From: Rhizaria sp. SCN 62-66
Lineage: Eukaryota
Direction of reading: 5' to 3'
Length of the DNA stretch: 64,000 nt
NCBI GenBank assembly: GCA_001724265.1
Contig: MEDY01000102.1
Location: 1 to 64,000 of the forward strand
Shown: positions 1-10,402 of the stretch, one piece after another
Layout: the number at the start of each line of letters is the position of its first letter
How positions within the stretch are numbered: the first letter of the stretch is position 1
The notes under the pieces: generated by a model
What the model was told of the DNA's origin: nothing
Seen by the model: only the letters and a program-made list of their open reading frames with translations
The model's database searches: none
Made by a program: the position numbers and the translations under genes

Positions 1-1419
1 CCCCAGGGCATGAACAAGATGATTATCAACCACCTGGGCAAGATGTTCGTCACGTCCGACACTGCGACGATCTTGTCTGAGCTAGAGATCCAGCACGCCG
101 CGGCCAAGATGGTCGTCATGGCGGGCCAGATGCAGGAGCAGGAGGTCGGCGACGGCTCCAACTTCGTCATCGTCTTCGCGGGCGAGCTGCTGCGCATGGC
201 CGAGGACCTCATCCACCAGGGCCTCAAGCCGCAGGACATCATCGCCGGCTACACCACGGCCGCCAAGAAGGCCCAGGAGTTCGCCACCGAGCTCATCCTG
301 GCGTCGACGACGCAGGAGGACCTCTTCAAGGAGGATGCCGTGGCGCGCGCCGTGCGCTCGGCCGTGGCGTCGAAGCAGTTCGGCTACGAGGACCTGCTGT
401 CCAAGCTCGTCGCTCAGGCCGCCATCGCCGTCATGCCCAAGAACACGTTCAACTTCAACGTTGACAACGTGCGCGTGGCCAAGCTGATGGGCGGCGACAT
501 CCACACCTCGCACGTCGTGCGCGGCATGGTGTTCCCCTTCCCCACGCTGCCCTCGGCCATCACCTCGGTCAAGGACGCGCGTGTGGCCGTCTTCACGTGC
601 GCCATCGACGCGGCCGACACCGAGACCAAGGGCACGGCGCTGCTCAACAACGCCAAGGAACTCATGGAGTTCAACCGCGGCGAGGAGGTCGAGATCGAGG
701 CGCTCATCGCCGAGGTCAAGGCCTCGGGCGTCAACGTCATCGTCACCGGCGGATCCGTCTCGGACATTGCCGCCCACTTCATGGAGAAGCACGGCATCGT
801 GTGCATGCGTCTCGGCTCCAAGTTCGAGCTGCGCCGCCTCTGCCGCGCCATCGGCGCCCGCCCGCTCGTGTCGCTGGGTGCCGTGTCGGCCGAGAACCAG
901 GGCTTCTGCTCGCACGTCTACGTCAAGGAAGTCGGCCTCACCAAGCTGACCATCTTCGAGCAGGACGACGCCAACACGGCCTCGGTCGCCACCATCGTGC
1001 TGCGCGCGCAGACTTTCAACATGCTCAACGACGTCGAGCGCGCCATCGACGACGGCGTTAACACCGTCAAGGCCATGGGCCGCGAGCGCGGCGGGCACTT
1101 CCTCGCCGGCGCCGGCGCCTTCGAGGTCGAGCTGTACAAGCGCATGAGCGACTACGCTGCCACCGTGTCCGGGCTGCAGCAGTACTCGATCAACAAGTTC
1201 GCCGAGGCGCTGCTCGTGATCCCGCGCACGCTGGCCGAGAACGCCGGCCAGAACGCCACCGAGACCGTGGCGGCGCTGATCGAGGCGCACGAGAAGGGCC
1301 AGCGCGCCATGGGCGTCGCCGTGGCGACGATCCTCCGCGTCGACCAGATCATCCAGTGCAAGGCCGCCGGCGGGCCCAAGCTCCCCGGCAACAAGCAGCA
1401 CTGGGACGAGGAGGACTAA
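1..1419 (+). CDS. CCT8: T-complex protein 1 subunit theta, 5' partial, with an apparent in-frame deletion of about 30 aa near the C-terminus
   Basis: Frame is open from base 1 (PQGMNKMIINHL). Contains QEVGDGSNFV, SKFELRRLC and ERAIDDGVN, and ends with ILRVDQII.K.AGGPK...WDEED, typical of CCT-theta. Stop is TAA. Confidence 0.95.
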   Translation, partial: PQGMNKMIINHLGKMFVTSDTATILSELEIQHAAAKMVVMAGQMQEQEVGDGSNFVIVFAGELLRMAEDLIHQGLKPQDIIAGYTTAAKKAQEFATELILASTTQEDLFKEDAVARAVRSAVASKQFGYEDLLSKLVAQAAIAVMPKNTFNFNVDNVRVAKLMGGDIHTSHVVRGMVFPFPTLPSAITSVKDARVAVFTCAIDAADTETKGTALLNNAKELMEFNRGEEVEIEALIAEVKASGVNVIVTGGSVSDIAAHFMEKHGIVCMRLGSKFELRRLCRAIGARPLVSLGAVSAENQGFCSHVYVKEVGLTKLTIFEQDDANTASVATIVLRAQTFNMLNDVERAIDDGVNTVKAMGRERGGHFLAGAGAFEVELYKRMSDYAATVSGLQQYSINKFAEALLVIPRTLAENAGQNATETVAALIEAHEKGQRAMGVAVATILRVDQIIQCKAAGGPKLPGNKQHWDEED

Positions 1420-1835
1420 GCGAGCCGGCCCTCTCCGCACGATCACGCGCTGCACATGTGTAAGAACATTCGGAAAGAGAAATAACATGCTTGTTCGAGG
1501 ATATGTTGTGGCTGTTTGATGGGAGTTTTAGTCTTGTGTGATATAGTGATAAATTGTGCTCGTGCTGGTTGTGACATATGATGTTGTGTGTTTGCCGTGG
1601 AGGCAAGCGCGTAAGTGGTTACAACAGCCAGCGTGAACGCGAGTTCGAAGTATGAAGTACAGTAATATCAGATAGAGAGTACATTTGTGTGTATTTGTAT
1701 ACATTAATAAACCTAGTAAATAACGTATATATAAAGCAGTCGATCTTTTATATATGAATTGGCCCGAAGTCGCGTTCAGAAGTACATGCCTATTTGTCGC
1801 ATGTTGTAGCTTTTCATTGGGTCGTTGCATCATCT

Positions 1836-2203
1836 TCACGCGTCTTTGTTCGAGTTGCGGGCCGCGACAGCAGATGTCGATGAGTGCTGCATAGGCTCCT
1901 CAGTCTCGTAGCGACGAAGCATGCGCTCGCGGTCCTTCTGCAAACCCTTGGTCATCTCCTAGGGGAACACAGGCAAGAGGGTTGACATCAAATTGGTACA
2001 TACAAGTAAGGTATGAGCATGTGAGTTAGTCATCGAGCAGATTCAGAGGACTCTAGCGAGGTCTAGCGGAGGACAACAGCTGTGGCAGAAGAGACATCGT
2101 TATAACGTACCTTGCGGTCAAACTCCTTCTTCCAGTGCACAAATGCAACTGAGACTGCGCAGAAGATGATGGAGCCGTAGAAAGCCTTCTGGCCACGATT
2201 CAT
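1836..2203 (-). CDS. PET117: PET117-like cytochrome c oxidase assembly factor (exons 2203-2111 and 1958-1836)
   Basis: Spliced product MNRGQKAFYGSIIFCAVSVAFVHWKKEFDRK|EMTKGLQKDRERM... has an N-terminal TM helix followed by the VH...DR..M..G...D.ER pattern. Phase-0 GTACGT...TAG intron. Stop is TGA. Confidence 0.75.
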
Positions 2204-2758
2204 GCTGGTGTCGGAGCGAGGCAGAGCGAGACAGGGCGAGTACAGAGGGTTGCGGAACACTTGAGAGGATATAAAAGAGGGAGAATCGAGATATCAACAC
2301 GGAAGTAAAGCTACACCAGCTACTAAGTCTTCTGACAATCAGATGAGGCTGCTTGTAAGTCCTTTGATGTTTGATGCACAGGTCTGCTCTGTGGCTACTC
2401 ATTTGCGGCCTAACTTCCCCGGGCTATGAGGCGATCACCGCAAGGGGTATTTCGTCGGGATAACGAGCTTTCCTGGGTGTATAATTTTATATTTTGATAC
2501 GATATGCTCTACTCTTTATCAAATTAATATCTATGTTTCTGTTGACGGTCAACCCAGCGTGAGGCAGCTCGATCCCTAGTCCTCATCAAGCTCGTCGTGT
2601 CGGCATCACATACCAAACGAAACGCGTCTCCTGAGCATGTCCCCGTCTTGCTTTAGGACTGCAGTTGAATGCTCATAGATTTCGCCCCATATAACTCATA
2701 ATCATCTTATTATTTTGTCTACTGACGCGATCCGTGCGTCTGTACAGGGGCTTTTAGG

Positions 2759-4975
2759 ATGTCCTCGAGCACAGACGCCGTCTTTGCGCCCATCCTCGCT
2801 CGCCTCAACGACGGCGACTACGCCGCGGCGCAGACTGCGATCGACAAGGCGCTCGCCCTCCGTGGTCCCAAGGCGCTCCCTGCGTCTGCGCGCCCTTCGC
2901 TGCAGCACATCCAGGCGTACGTGGCGTACCGCCTGGGCAAGCTGCCCGAGGCGCTTGACGCGGCGCGCCGCCTCCCGACCGAGTTCAAGGCCGCACACGC
3001 GACAGGCCACCTCGAGGCGCAGACGCTGTACAAGATGGGCAAGTTTGCCGACGCTGCGGCCGCCTACGACGCCTTCGTGGACGACGCCGCGCTCGCGGCC
3101 GACGCCGAAGTGCTTGTGAACGTGCTCGCCACGCTCGTCGCCGCCGGCCGCGCCGCCGACGCTGTGGCCATGCTCGAGCGCATCGGCACGCGTGCGCGCC
3201 TCGCCTCCGCGCCTGCGGGCGCCGCCGCCGCCGCCGCTGCCGCCGCGAGCGCGGGCGTGTCGCACGAGGTGGTGTTCAACGCCGCCTGCGCGCTCGCCGA
3301 GCAGGGTGACTTGACTGCCGCGACGGCCGCCGTGGAGCAAGCGAAGGCGATGCTGCGCGCGCAGGTCGCCGCCGCCGAGGCCGAGGCTGATGTCGACGAC
3401 GACGGCGAGGCTGAGGAGCGCGCCGCAGACCTGGAGGCCGAGCTGGCTGTGGTGCAGCTGCAGGGCGCGTACATCAAGCAGCTCGCCGGCGACGAGGACG
3501 CGGCCGCCGCAGTGTACAGCGCGCTTGCCGCGTCAGCCGTCGTCGCCGCGCGCCAGCCTGTGGCCGCGGCCATTGCGGCGAACAACACGGCCGCGCTGCG
3601 CCGCAACGGCGGCAAGGCGTCGTTCGAGGCCGTGCGTAAGCTCGACCACGCGCTCGCGCAGGCTGGCGACAAGCTGCTGCCCAAGCAGCGCCAGACGCTC
3701 GATCTCAACGCCGGGCTGCTGCTCGCGCACTGCAACAAGCCCGTCGAGGCCCGCGAGCGCCTCAAGGCCGGCGCGGCCGACGCTGAGACGCTGGCGCTCG
3801 TGGCCATCGCCGCGCTCGTCAAGGATAAGGCCTACGCCAAGGCCGAGGCGACGGCGCGTGACCACGTGGCTGCGCACCCATCGGCGGCCAAGTCGCTGCG
3901 CGCGCGCCTGGCGCTCGTGCACCTGCCGCTGCTGCGCGACAACTACGCCGTCGCGATTGCCGCACTTGAGGACCTCATCGCCGCGAGCGAGGGCGCAGAC
4001 TGGCAGGGCCGCGGCGGCGCGTTGCGTTTCAAGCCCGCCGTGACGGCCGTGTTGCTGGCCATCCACGGGCGCGCGGGCGACGCCGCGGGCGCCGAGGCCG
4101 TGCTCGACGCCGCTGTGGCGCACTGGGAGAAGGAGCTCGCCGCCGCGGGGCTGTCGGAGCCGGCGCGCCGCGCACGCGCGCAGTCGCTGCTGCACTCGCT
4201 GCAGAGCCAGGCCGCCGAGCTCAAGATGCGCGCCGGGCGCGCCGCCGAGGCCGTGGCGCTGCTCGAGTCGCTTGCCGCGCGCGCGCAGGCTTCCGGCGAC
4301 GACGAGGGCGCTCGCCGGTACCTGGTGCAGGTGGTGTCGACCGTGGTGGAAAGCGATCCCGCCAAGGCGCAGCGGCTGCTGGCCCAGCTTCCCGGCGCCG
4401 ACGCCGACGCCAAGGCCGCGGCGGGCAAGCTCGACGTCGACGCGCTCGAGGCCGGCCCCGCGCCCGCCATCACGGACGCCGCCGCCGCCACCGCTGCCGC
4501 TGCGAAGCCCGCGAAGACCCGCAAGGTTGCGATGGACGACGAGGAGGACGAGGACGGCCGTCTCGCTTCCGACGACGACGCCGAGGACGACGACGAGAGC
4601 GCGGCGGCCGCGGCGAGCGCCGTGGCTTACCTGCCCAACGGCAAGCGCGTGCTTTCGCCCGAGAAGCTTGCGCAGGTGCGCGCGCGCAACAAGCGCCGCC
4701 GCGTGCCCACCCTGCCCGGCAACATGACCGCGGAGCAGGCGGCGGCCAACATTGCCGCCAGCAAGGGGCCCAACCCGCACCGCTGGCTGCCCAAGTGGGA
4801 GCGCCCCGCCGCGCAGCAGGCCAAGGGCAAGGCCGCCAAGGGCGCCATTGCGCGCGGCCCGCAGGGCAGTGGCGTGAGCGAGAATAAGACCGAGGTGTCG
4901 ACGGTGGACGCCAAGCCTCACGTGATGAACTCGCCCTCGAACAACGACAAGCGCCCCCGCAACAAGCGCCGGTAA
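2759..4975 (+). CDS. SRP72: Signal recognition particle subunit SRP72
   Basis: 738-aa TPR-like helical protein with LEAQTLYK and FNAAC motifs, the C-terminal RNA-binding motif PNPHRWLPKWER, and GPQG. Stop is TAA. Confidence 0.9.
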   Translation: MSSSTDAVFAPILARLNDGDYAAAQTAIDKALALRGPKALPASARPSLQHIQAYVAYRLGKLPEALDAARRLPTEFKAAHATGHLEAQTLYKMGKFADAAAAYDAFVDDAALAADAEVLVNVLATLVAAGRAADAVAMLERIGTRARLASAPAGAAAAAAAAASAGVSHEVVFNAACALAEQGDLTAATAAVEQAKAMLRAQVAAAEAEADVDDDGEAEERAADLEAELAVVQLQGAYIKQLAGDEDAAAAVYSALAASAVVAARQPVAAAIAANNTAALRRNGGKASFEAVRKLDHALAQAGDKLLPKQRQTLDLNAGLLLAHCNKPVEARERLKAGAADAETLALVAIAALVKDKAYAKAEATARDHVAAHPSAAKSLRARLALVHLPLLRDNYAVAIAALEDLIAASEGADWQGRGGALRFKPAVTAVLLAIHGRAGDAAGAEAVLDAAVAHWEKELAAAGLSEPARRARAQSLLHSLQSQAAELKMRAGRAAEAVALLESLAARAQASGDDEGARRYLVQVVSTVVESDPAKAQRLLAQLPGADADAKAAAGKLDVDALEAGPAPAITDAAAATAAAAKPAKTRKVAMDDEEDEDGRLASDDDAEDDDESAAAAASAVAYLPNGKRVLSPEKLAQVRARNKRRRVPTLPGNMTAEQAAANIAASKGPNPHRWLPKWERPAAQQAKGKAAKGAIARGPQGSGVSENKTEVSTVDAKPHVMNSPSNNDKRPRNKRR

Positions 4976-5254
4976 AGAAGCGCGACGGTGTGGTTGCAGT
5001 GCTCATATTGAGGCGCGTCTATTTTATTTTAGTCCAGTTTTGCTTGATGGTTAAGTTTTTCTTCTATATTTCATCCTCCGTTGGATTGCTCCTGTGTTAA
5101 TCGTAGAAGCTTATGAGACATGGTGCTTTCAATTGGTCCACATTTTAGATAGTACGAGTATACTTTGTATGCATGTAAGTAAATAAGTAAACAACAAAAA
5201 AAAACACAATAATACAAACACTTCTTGAATCACACAGCGTTGCATGCATAATGT

Positions 5255-7625
5255 TCAATCAGTGGTGACAGTTGCCGTGAGATACGCCATCAGTTCGGTG
5301 TATACAGCATGGCCGGTGGCAATGCACGCGTCGCGCGCCTGGGCCAAGCGACGCGCAAAGAGCACGGCCATCTTGTCCTCCGCGCTAGACTTCGCAATCT
5401 GCGTGGCAAGCGTCTTAGCAAGGTTCTCCAGACCTGCACGGGAAAGAACAACAGTGAAGACGATGTGAGGATAAAGATGTGGTGAATTACGCGTCGATCG
5501 TAATATCGTATTCCTTTGCATGTTAAAATATTGAGAATTATGATCCGCATGATACAATTAAATTAAACGTACGCTTACGCTTCACCATGACCGCGGTGGC
5601 ACCGACCGCGCAGGCCAAAGCCACTGCCTCTGCAACAGATGCAGCAGAAACAGTCCCAGCACCCGCGAACGAGACTGTCACAGACCCAACTGATCCATTC
5701 TCACCACTTTGCTGCGTGAGGGCGCTAAAAAGCGCTGTCACAGTGTGGATGACGGACGCGGCGTCGTTAGTGAGAGCCCGCAGCGCAGTCTCAGTGTCTG
5801 CCGCGCTCACTGCCACGGCAGCCGACCCAGCTGCGTTCACGGTGATCACGAGCTTCGCATCCGCGTCTGCACCCTGCGTGCCCACGGTCACTGCGCCCAC
5901 AGCCGTCGCCGCAGTCAGCGCCTCGCGCACCGCCACGAGCGCTGTCGCAACGTCGCAGTCCACAGTGCTCACGCCGTCGCCACCGTCGCCGGACGCAACT
6001 GCAACAACCGACGGCACCGCGGCGGCGACGGCAGCGGCGACGTTGTCCGCGTCGTCACAGGTGTCGTCACACCACTCGTCCTCGTCTTCGTCACCGTAAC
6101 CATCGTTTTCGCCGTTACTGTTATCGCGATCAACCGGGGGCCGCGTCATCGTCCCATCGTCGGGGATGCCGTGGAAGCCGCAGAACCAGGCGCTGTTGGT
6201 CGCGCACCGCGGCAGTGCGGCCAGCCCGCGGCGCGGCAGCAGCGCGTAGTCGCCGTCAGGAGCGCGGGCGCCCACAGTCGCGCCTGGGCTGTTACTCGGA
6301 TTGAGGAGCAGCGGCAGAGGCATCAGCGAGAAGCCGGGGTAGCGCGTCGCAGACACGGCGCGAGCACAGTCGCACTCGTGCGCCAACACCAGTCCTTGCA
6401 CAGCCTCAGCCACGGCGTTCGCTTCAGGCGCATCAACAGCATCCGCGACTTTGCTGGGAGCCTTCTCAGCGCCGCGCTCGGCCCAGCGCATCTCCCACTC
6501 GTCGAAGCACTCGACGTACTCGTGCTTAACGAAGCCGACGCGCTGGAAAAGCTTCAGCGACGCCGCGTTCGTGCCCTTGATCTTGGCCACAAGCCGCCCG
6601 GCGCCGAGGAACTCGCGCGCAACAGTGACCATCGCGTGTAGAGTGGAGAGCGCAAGTCCGCGGCCGCGCGAGGAGGGCTCACCGAGCATGATGTCGACCT
6701 CAAGTGTCGTCGGAGGGACGGCTCCAGTCACACAAGTTGCAGCCGCTGTCTTGTTGTGATCAGCGTCGTTCTCGTTCTCATCACCGTCTTCCTGTTGCAA
6801 GTAGTCGTGGACAAAGAGGTTGACGTCGCCGACCGCGGCGGTAGGCGTTACCAGCGCAGCAGCTGCAATGGCGTAGGCGCTCATAGCAGCGGCATCACTA
6901 GCAGCAACCGCATCAACGTTGCCGTTCGCGTTGCTCTGCGCGCAGACGCCGGAGCACAGAGTGGCGCGACGGAGGTCCACAACGAGCTCAGGTGCAAGCT
7001 CAAAGCCGTCAGCAGCCAACGCTTGCTTGCTATCACTGCTTGCAGGCACAGACACTGCCGTTGAGAGTGCATGTGCGGGAAGAGTGGCCTTGGACACGCC
7101 ACGGGGCCAGTACGCAAGCGCGGTCTCAATCGCCTTCACTGGCAGCGCGGGCAACGCAGAAAGAGGCGCAGGGATCACAGCCGCTGCCACAGCTGCGTCG
7201 GGTTGAGGGACGGCGGTGACGGTGACGGAGAACGGTGGGGGAAGCTGGGCGCGATCAATGACGATGAATGTCCGCTTATCGGAGTCCAGTGCCCAAGAGC
7301 GTTGCATGGTGTACTCTTCGTCAAGCGAAAGGGGCTCAGAAGCGGTCATCTCGCGCACCCATGGGTCCAGCATCCAGGCTAGGGCGAAACAAGATGTCAG
7401 AAGGCCATCGGGGTGAGCAGTTGGTTCGCGTGCGATGTTGGGATTGAGAAGCGGTGAGATTTGGGCGATTGCGTAGGACGTACTGTGATATTTGGCAACA
7501 TGGCGCGGGAGATAAGGAACAAGGACTACTTGATCAGTGACAATCACGAGTTGCTTGTCGATAATCATCTTGTCCTGTAGAGTTGCCAGCCGCGCAGTGA
7601 TGTCTTCATCTGCACCAGTCGACAT
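5255..7625 (-). CDS. NAT9: NAT9-like GNAT acetyltransferase with a long insertion and a C-terminal extension (introns 7483-7379 and about 5578/5572-5434)
   Basis: VVLVPYLPRHVAKYH|TWM...TASEPLSLDEEYTMQRSW..D.DKRTFIV, VGDVNLF, EVDIMLGEPSSRGRGLA and AKIKGTNAASLKLFQRVGF match NAT9. The first intron is 105 nt with no stop, so the ORF track reads through it. Stop is TGA. Confidence 0.8.
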
Positions 7626-8125
7626 GGTCTTGCGAGGTATTCCGAGTATTGGTTTGAGCTCGATTGATCGTCAATAGAGCTCAAGTATCTATAAAAAACC
7701 TATTTGCACTAGTTGTACGATTTTCCTGTATAGCGTTACTGTAATAGGGATATAACCCTTGGAATACAGACTTTCAGAGTTGGTCCTCATGCAGGAGTAC
7801 GATTGTTACGGGCGGTGCTTTAGCTGTTTCATATTGTCATTGCACGTATAAGGCCGAGGCTGCTAAAACAAGTTTAACGGTTTTCCGTTTTGTATTAATG
7901 CTGACCATCACGCTCTATACTGAGCACGGTGCCCACGAAATAAACTACATATGAAAGCAGTGCGCACCGAGGATGCATCTTTAAGTTTGCTTTGCTTCGC
8001 AAACATGCAACCAACCTCAGGCAGCGACACTCCCTTTTATTCCTTTTATACTTACAACAACAAATCACACTCACTTTCTAATCTCACAACACTGCCGCGT
8101 CATATATATAGAAACAGATAGGATC

Positions 8126-9592
8126 TTACGCGGAGGGCTGGTTGAGCTGGTGGTTGCCGCCGCGGGGGCGGTGCACAGCCGTGGCGTTGGCCTTGGAACT
8201 GATGCGCGGCAGGGACTCGCTCGCCGCGGGGGCCTGCGCGCGGGGCGCGCGGGCCTCGGCGGGGCGGCGCTCGTTGGCCTCGGTGGAGCGAGGGGGACGC
8301 TCGCCGTCGCGGGGGACGCGGACAGCGCCGGTGCGGGGCGGGGCGCTGGTCTTGACCTCGACGACGAGCGGCAGACCCAGGGGCGCGAGACCCGCGGCGC
8401 AGACCTTCTTGACGGCGGCCTCGGACTCGAGCGTGACGAACGCGCAGCCGCGGGTGCCCATGAAGGAGATGTTGATGGGCGTGACGCCGAGTGAGCGCAA
8501 GGACGCGTCGAGGTCGTCCTTGGTGACGGCGCCGAGGGTGCCGACGAACAGCATGTTCTGCGAGGACGCCGCGGGGGCGGCGGCAGCGGCGGTGACAACG
8601 GGCTTGGCCTCAGCGGCGGGAGCGGGCTTGGCGGCGGCGGCGGCGGCGGCGGAGACGGGCTTGACAGGGCGCGCGGCGGCCGACGCGGCGGGGGCGGCGG
8701 CGGCGGCGGCCTCGCCGGTGGGCTTGGCGAGCAGCGACGCCCATGAGGCAACCTTGACGGGCTTGGCGTCGACGGGCGCGGCGGCGGGGGCGGCGGCGGC
8801 CGGCTTCGCGTCGGCCTTGGGAGCAGCAGCAGCCTTGGCGGCGGGCTTGGCGGTGGCGGCAGGCTTGGTCTCGGCGGCAGCGGGCTTCGCGGCGGCCTCG
8901 GCGGGCTTGGCAGCGGACTCAGCGGGAGCGGCGGCAGCCTTAGCAGCGGCGCGGGGCTTGGAGGGGCGGGCGTCAACCTTGGTCTTGTCATCGACGGCGG
9001 CGGCGGCGACGGCGGGGGCAGCGGCGGCCTCAGCGGGCTTGGCGGCCTCTACGGGGGCAGCGGCGGCGACGGCAACGGGCTCCTCGGCGGCCTTGGGGGC
9101 GGCGGCGGGGGCGGCGACCTTCTTGGTGGGCGCGCGCTCGCGCTTGGCGGGGGTGGGGGCCGCAGCAGAAGCAGTAGCAACGGCGGCGGCAGCGGGGGCA
9201 GCAGCCGGGGCAGCAGCGGCGGCGCCAGTGAAGACGACGAGGTCGGAGCCGATGTAGAAGCCGCCGTTGACGTGGGGGACAAGGATAACGCGCATGAAGG
9301 CGCGGTCGTTGGCGGCGCCGGTGAGGTGAACGAGGACGTTGCCATCGTGGGTAACCTGCACAGCGACCGAGTCGACGATGATGGTGCCCTCAGAGAAGGT
9401 TGCGGCCACCGCGGCCTTGATCGCAGATGCGCCGACGGTGTCGGCGGCGGGCGCCGCGCCGTCGACAAGAGTGAAGGAGGATTCGGAGGAGTAGAAGGTG
9501 GCGATGACGTCGAAGTTCTTCTCGAACACGGCCTCGTAGTAAGCGCGGACGAGCGCGCCAGCAACCTCGGTAGCCTCAGTGCGGTCAAGCAT
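8126..9592 (-). CDS. G3BP/Bre5-like protein (NTF2 domain, Ala/Pro/Lys-rich linker, RRM, Arg-rich tail)
   Basis: N-terminal NTF2-like region (VAGALVRAYY...FYSSES...GGFYIGSD). RRM with LFVGTL and RGCAFVTL. Stop is TAA. Confidence 0.8.
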   Translation of the reverse strand: MLDRTEATEVAGALVRAYYEAVFEKNFDVIATFYSSESSFTLVDGAAPAADTVGASAIKAAVAATFSEGTIIVDSVAVQVTHDGNVLVHLTGAANDRAFMRVILVPHVNGGFYIGSDLVVFTGAAAAAPAAAPAAAAVATASAAAPTPAKRERAPTKKVAAPAAAPKAAEEPVAVAAAAPVEAAKPAEAAAAPAVAAAAVDDKTKVDARPSKPRAAAKAAAAPAESAAKPAEAAAKPAAAETKPAATAKPAAKAAAAPKADAKPAAAAPAAAPVDAKPVKVASWASLLAKPTGEAAAAAAPAASAAARPVKPVSAAAAAAAKPAPAAEAKPVVTAAAAAPAASSQNMLFVGTLGAVTKDDLDASLRSLGVTPINISFMGTRGCAFVTLESEAAVKKVCAAGLAPLGLPLVVEVKTSAPPRTGAVRVPRDGERPPRSTEANERRPAEARAPRAQAPAASESLPRISSKANATAVHRPRGGNHQLNQPSA

Positions 9593-10402
9593 GGTGCGGT
9601 TGTGGATTCTGTAAGTTGGCCCAGGAAGCGCACAGGCGGGTGTGCAGCAAGTGCGTGGGTGGGAAGAGAGTGCGATGGAGTGAGATGGGTGAGTGAGAAG
9701 GTGAGAGGGCGGGATTGTGGTTTGTCAGATCGGGAGTGGAGAGGGCGGGAAGCAACAGCGATTGAGAGCGGGCAATGATAGCTCGCTGAGACTAGGGCAT
9801 GTTGAGCGAGCGTTAAGGTGCTCAAAAGAATGGTTTGAGAGAGCAAGTTGCGGACTCGTCAAAAACAGTGCTGTCAGCACTTGCCACAGCCATGGAGGCA
9901 TTGCTTGGACTGTTGATGAGAGGAACAGTCGAGTCTGTCAACCAAATCCGTTCGCGCGAACGCGCAGCGATATTGTGCACAAGGTACACAATGTAAATGA
10001 ACGATACTGTCTGCACACCTAGACCGGTGCTCAATGTGCATTATATCCTTAAACTAGATGTTCTGAATGCGCAGATGTTCCTATTTTTTCCCATGAAGTG
10101 GTTGCGGGATCCCTCTCGGTCGGCCAGTTCGGTCGGTCAGTCGTCAGCCGGGGTTGTGCGGCCTAACTTCGACCGCCCAGACGACTCAAAATCTGTATGT
10201 GGTTGGGCGCCGTTTTCAAGTTCAAACCCAATATAAACGACTGTTTCCAATAAAAATAACATTACCCCAAACTATATGATACAGTCACAAACATTGTGAA
10301 TGTATTATCATAGTGAAATCATGTACAAATCATAACAAAACCAATAAATTATCTGATGTCACATCATCATCAGTCGTCACTAATAAAAAACAGTAGTTCG
10401 TC

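Noticed and set aside
82-1488. Long antisense and alternate-frame ORFs, such as 468 aa opposite CCT8, 45165-47744 and 40737-42614
   Set aside because: These are shadow ORFs expected from high GC and codon bias. They have no recognisable motifs and overlap well-supported genes.
7379-7483. Apparent 35-aa insertion in the NAT9 N-terminus in the ORF track
   Set aside because: It is a 105-nt GTACGT...TAG intron. Removing it restores the conserved KYHTWM motif.
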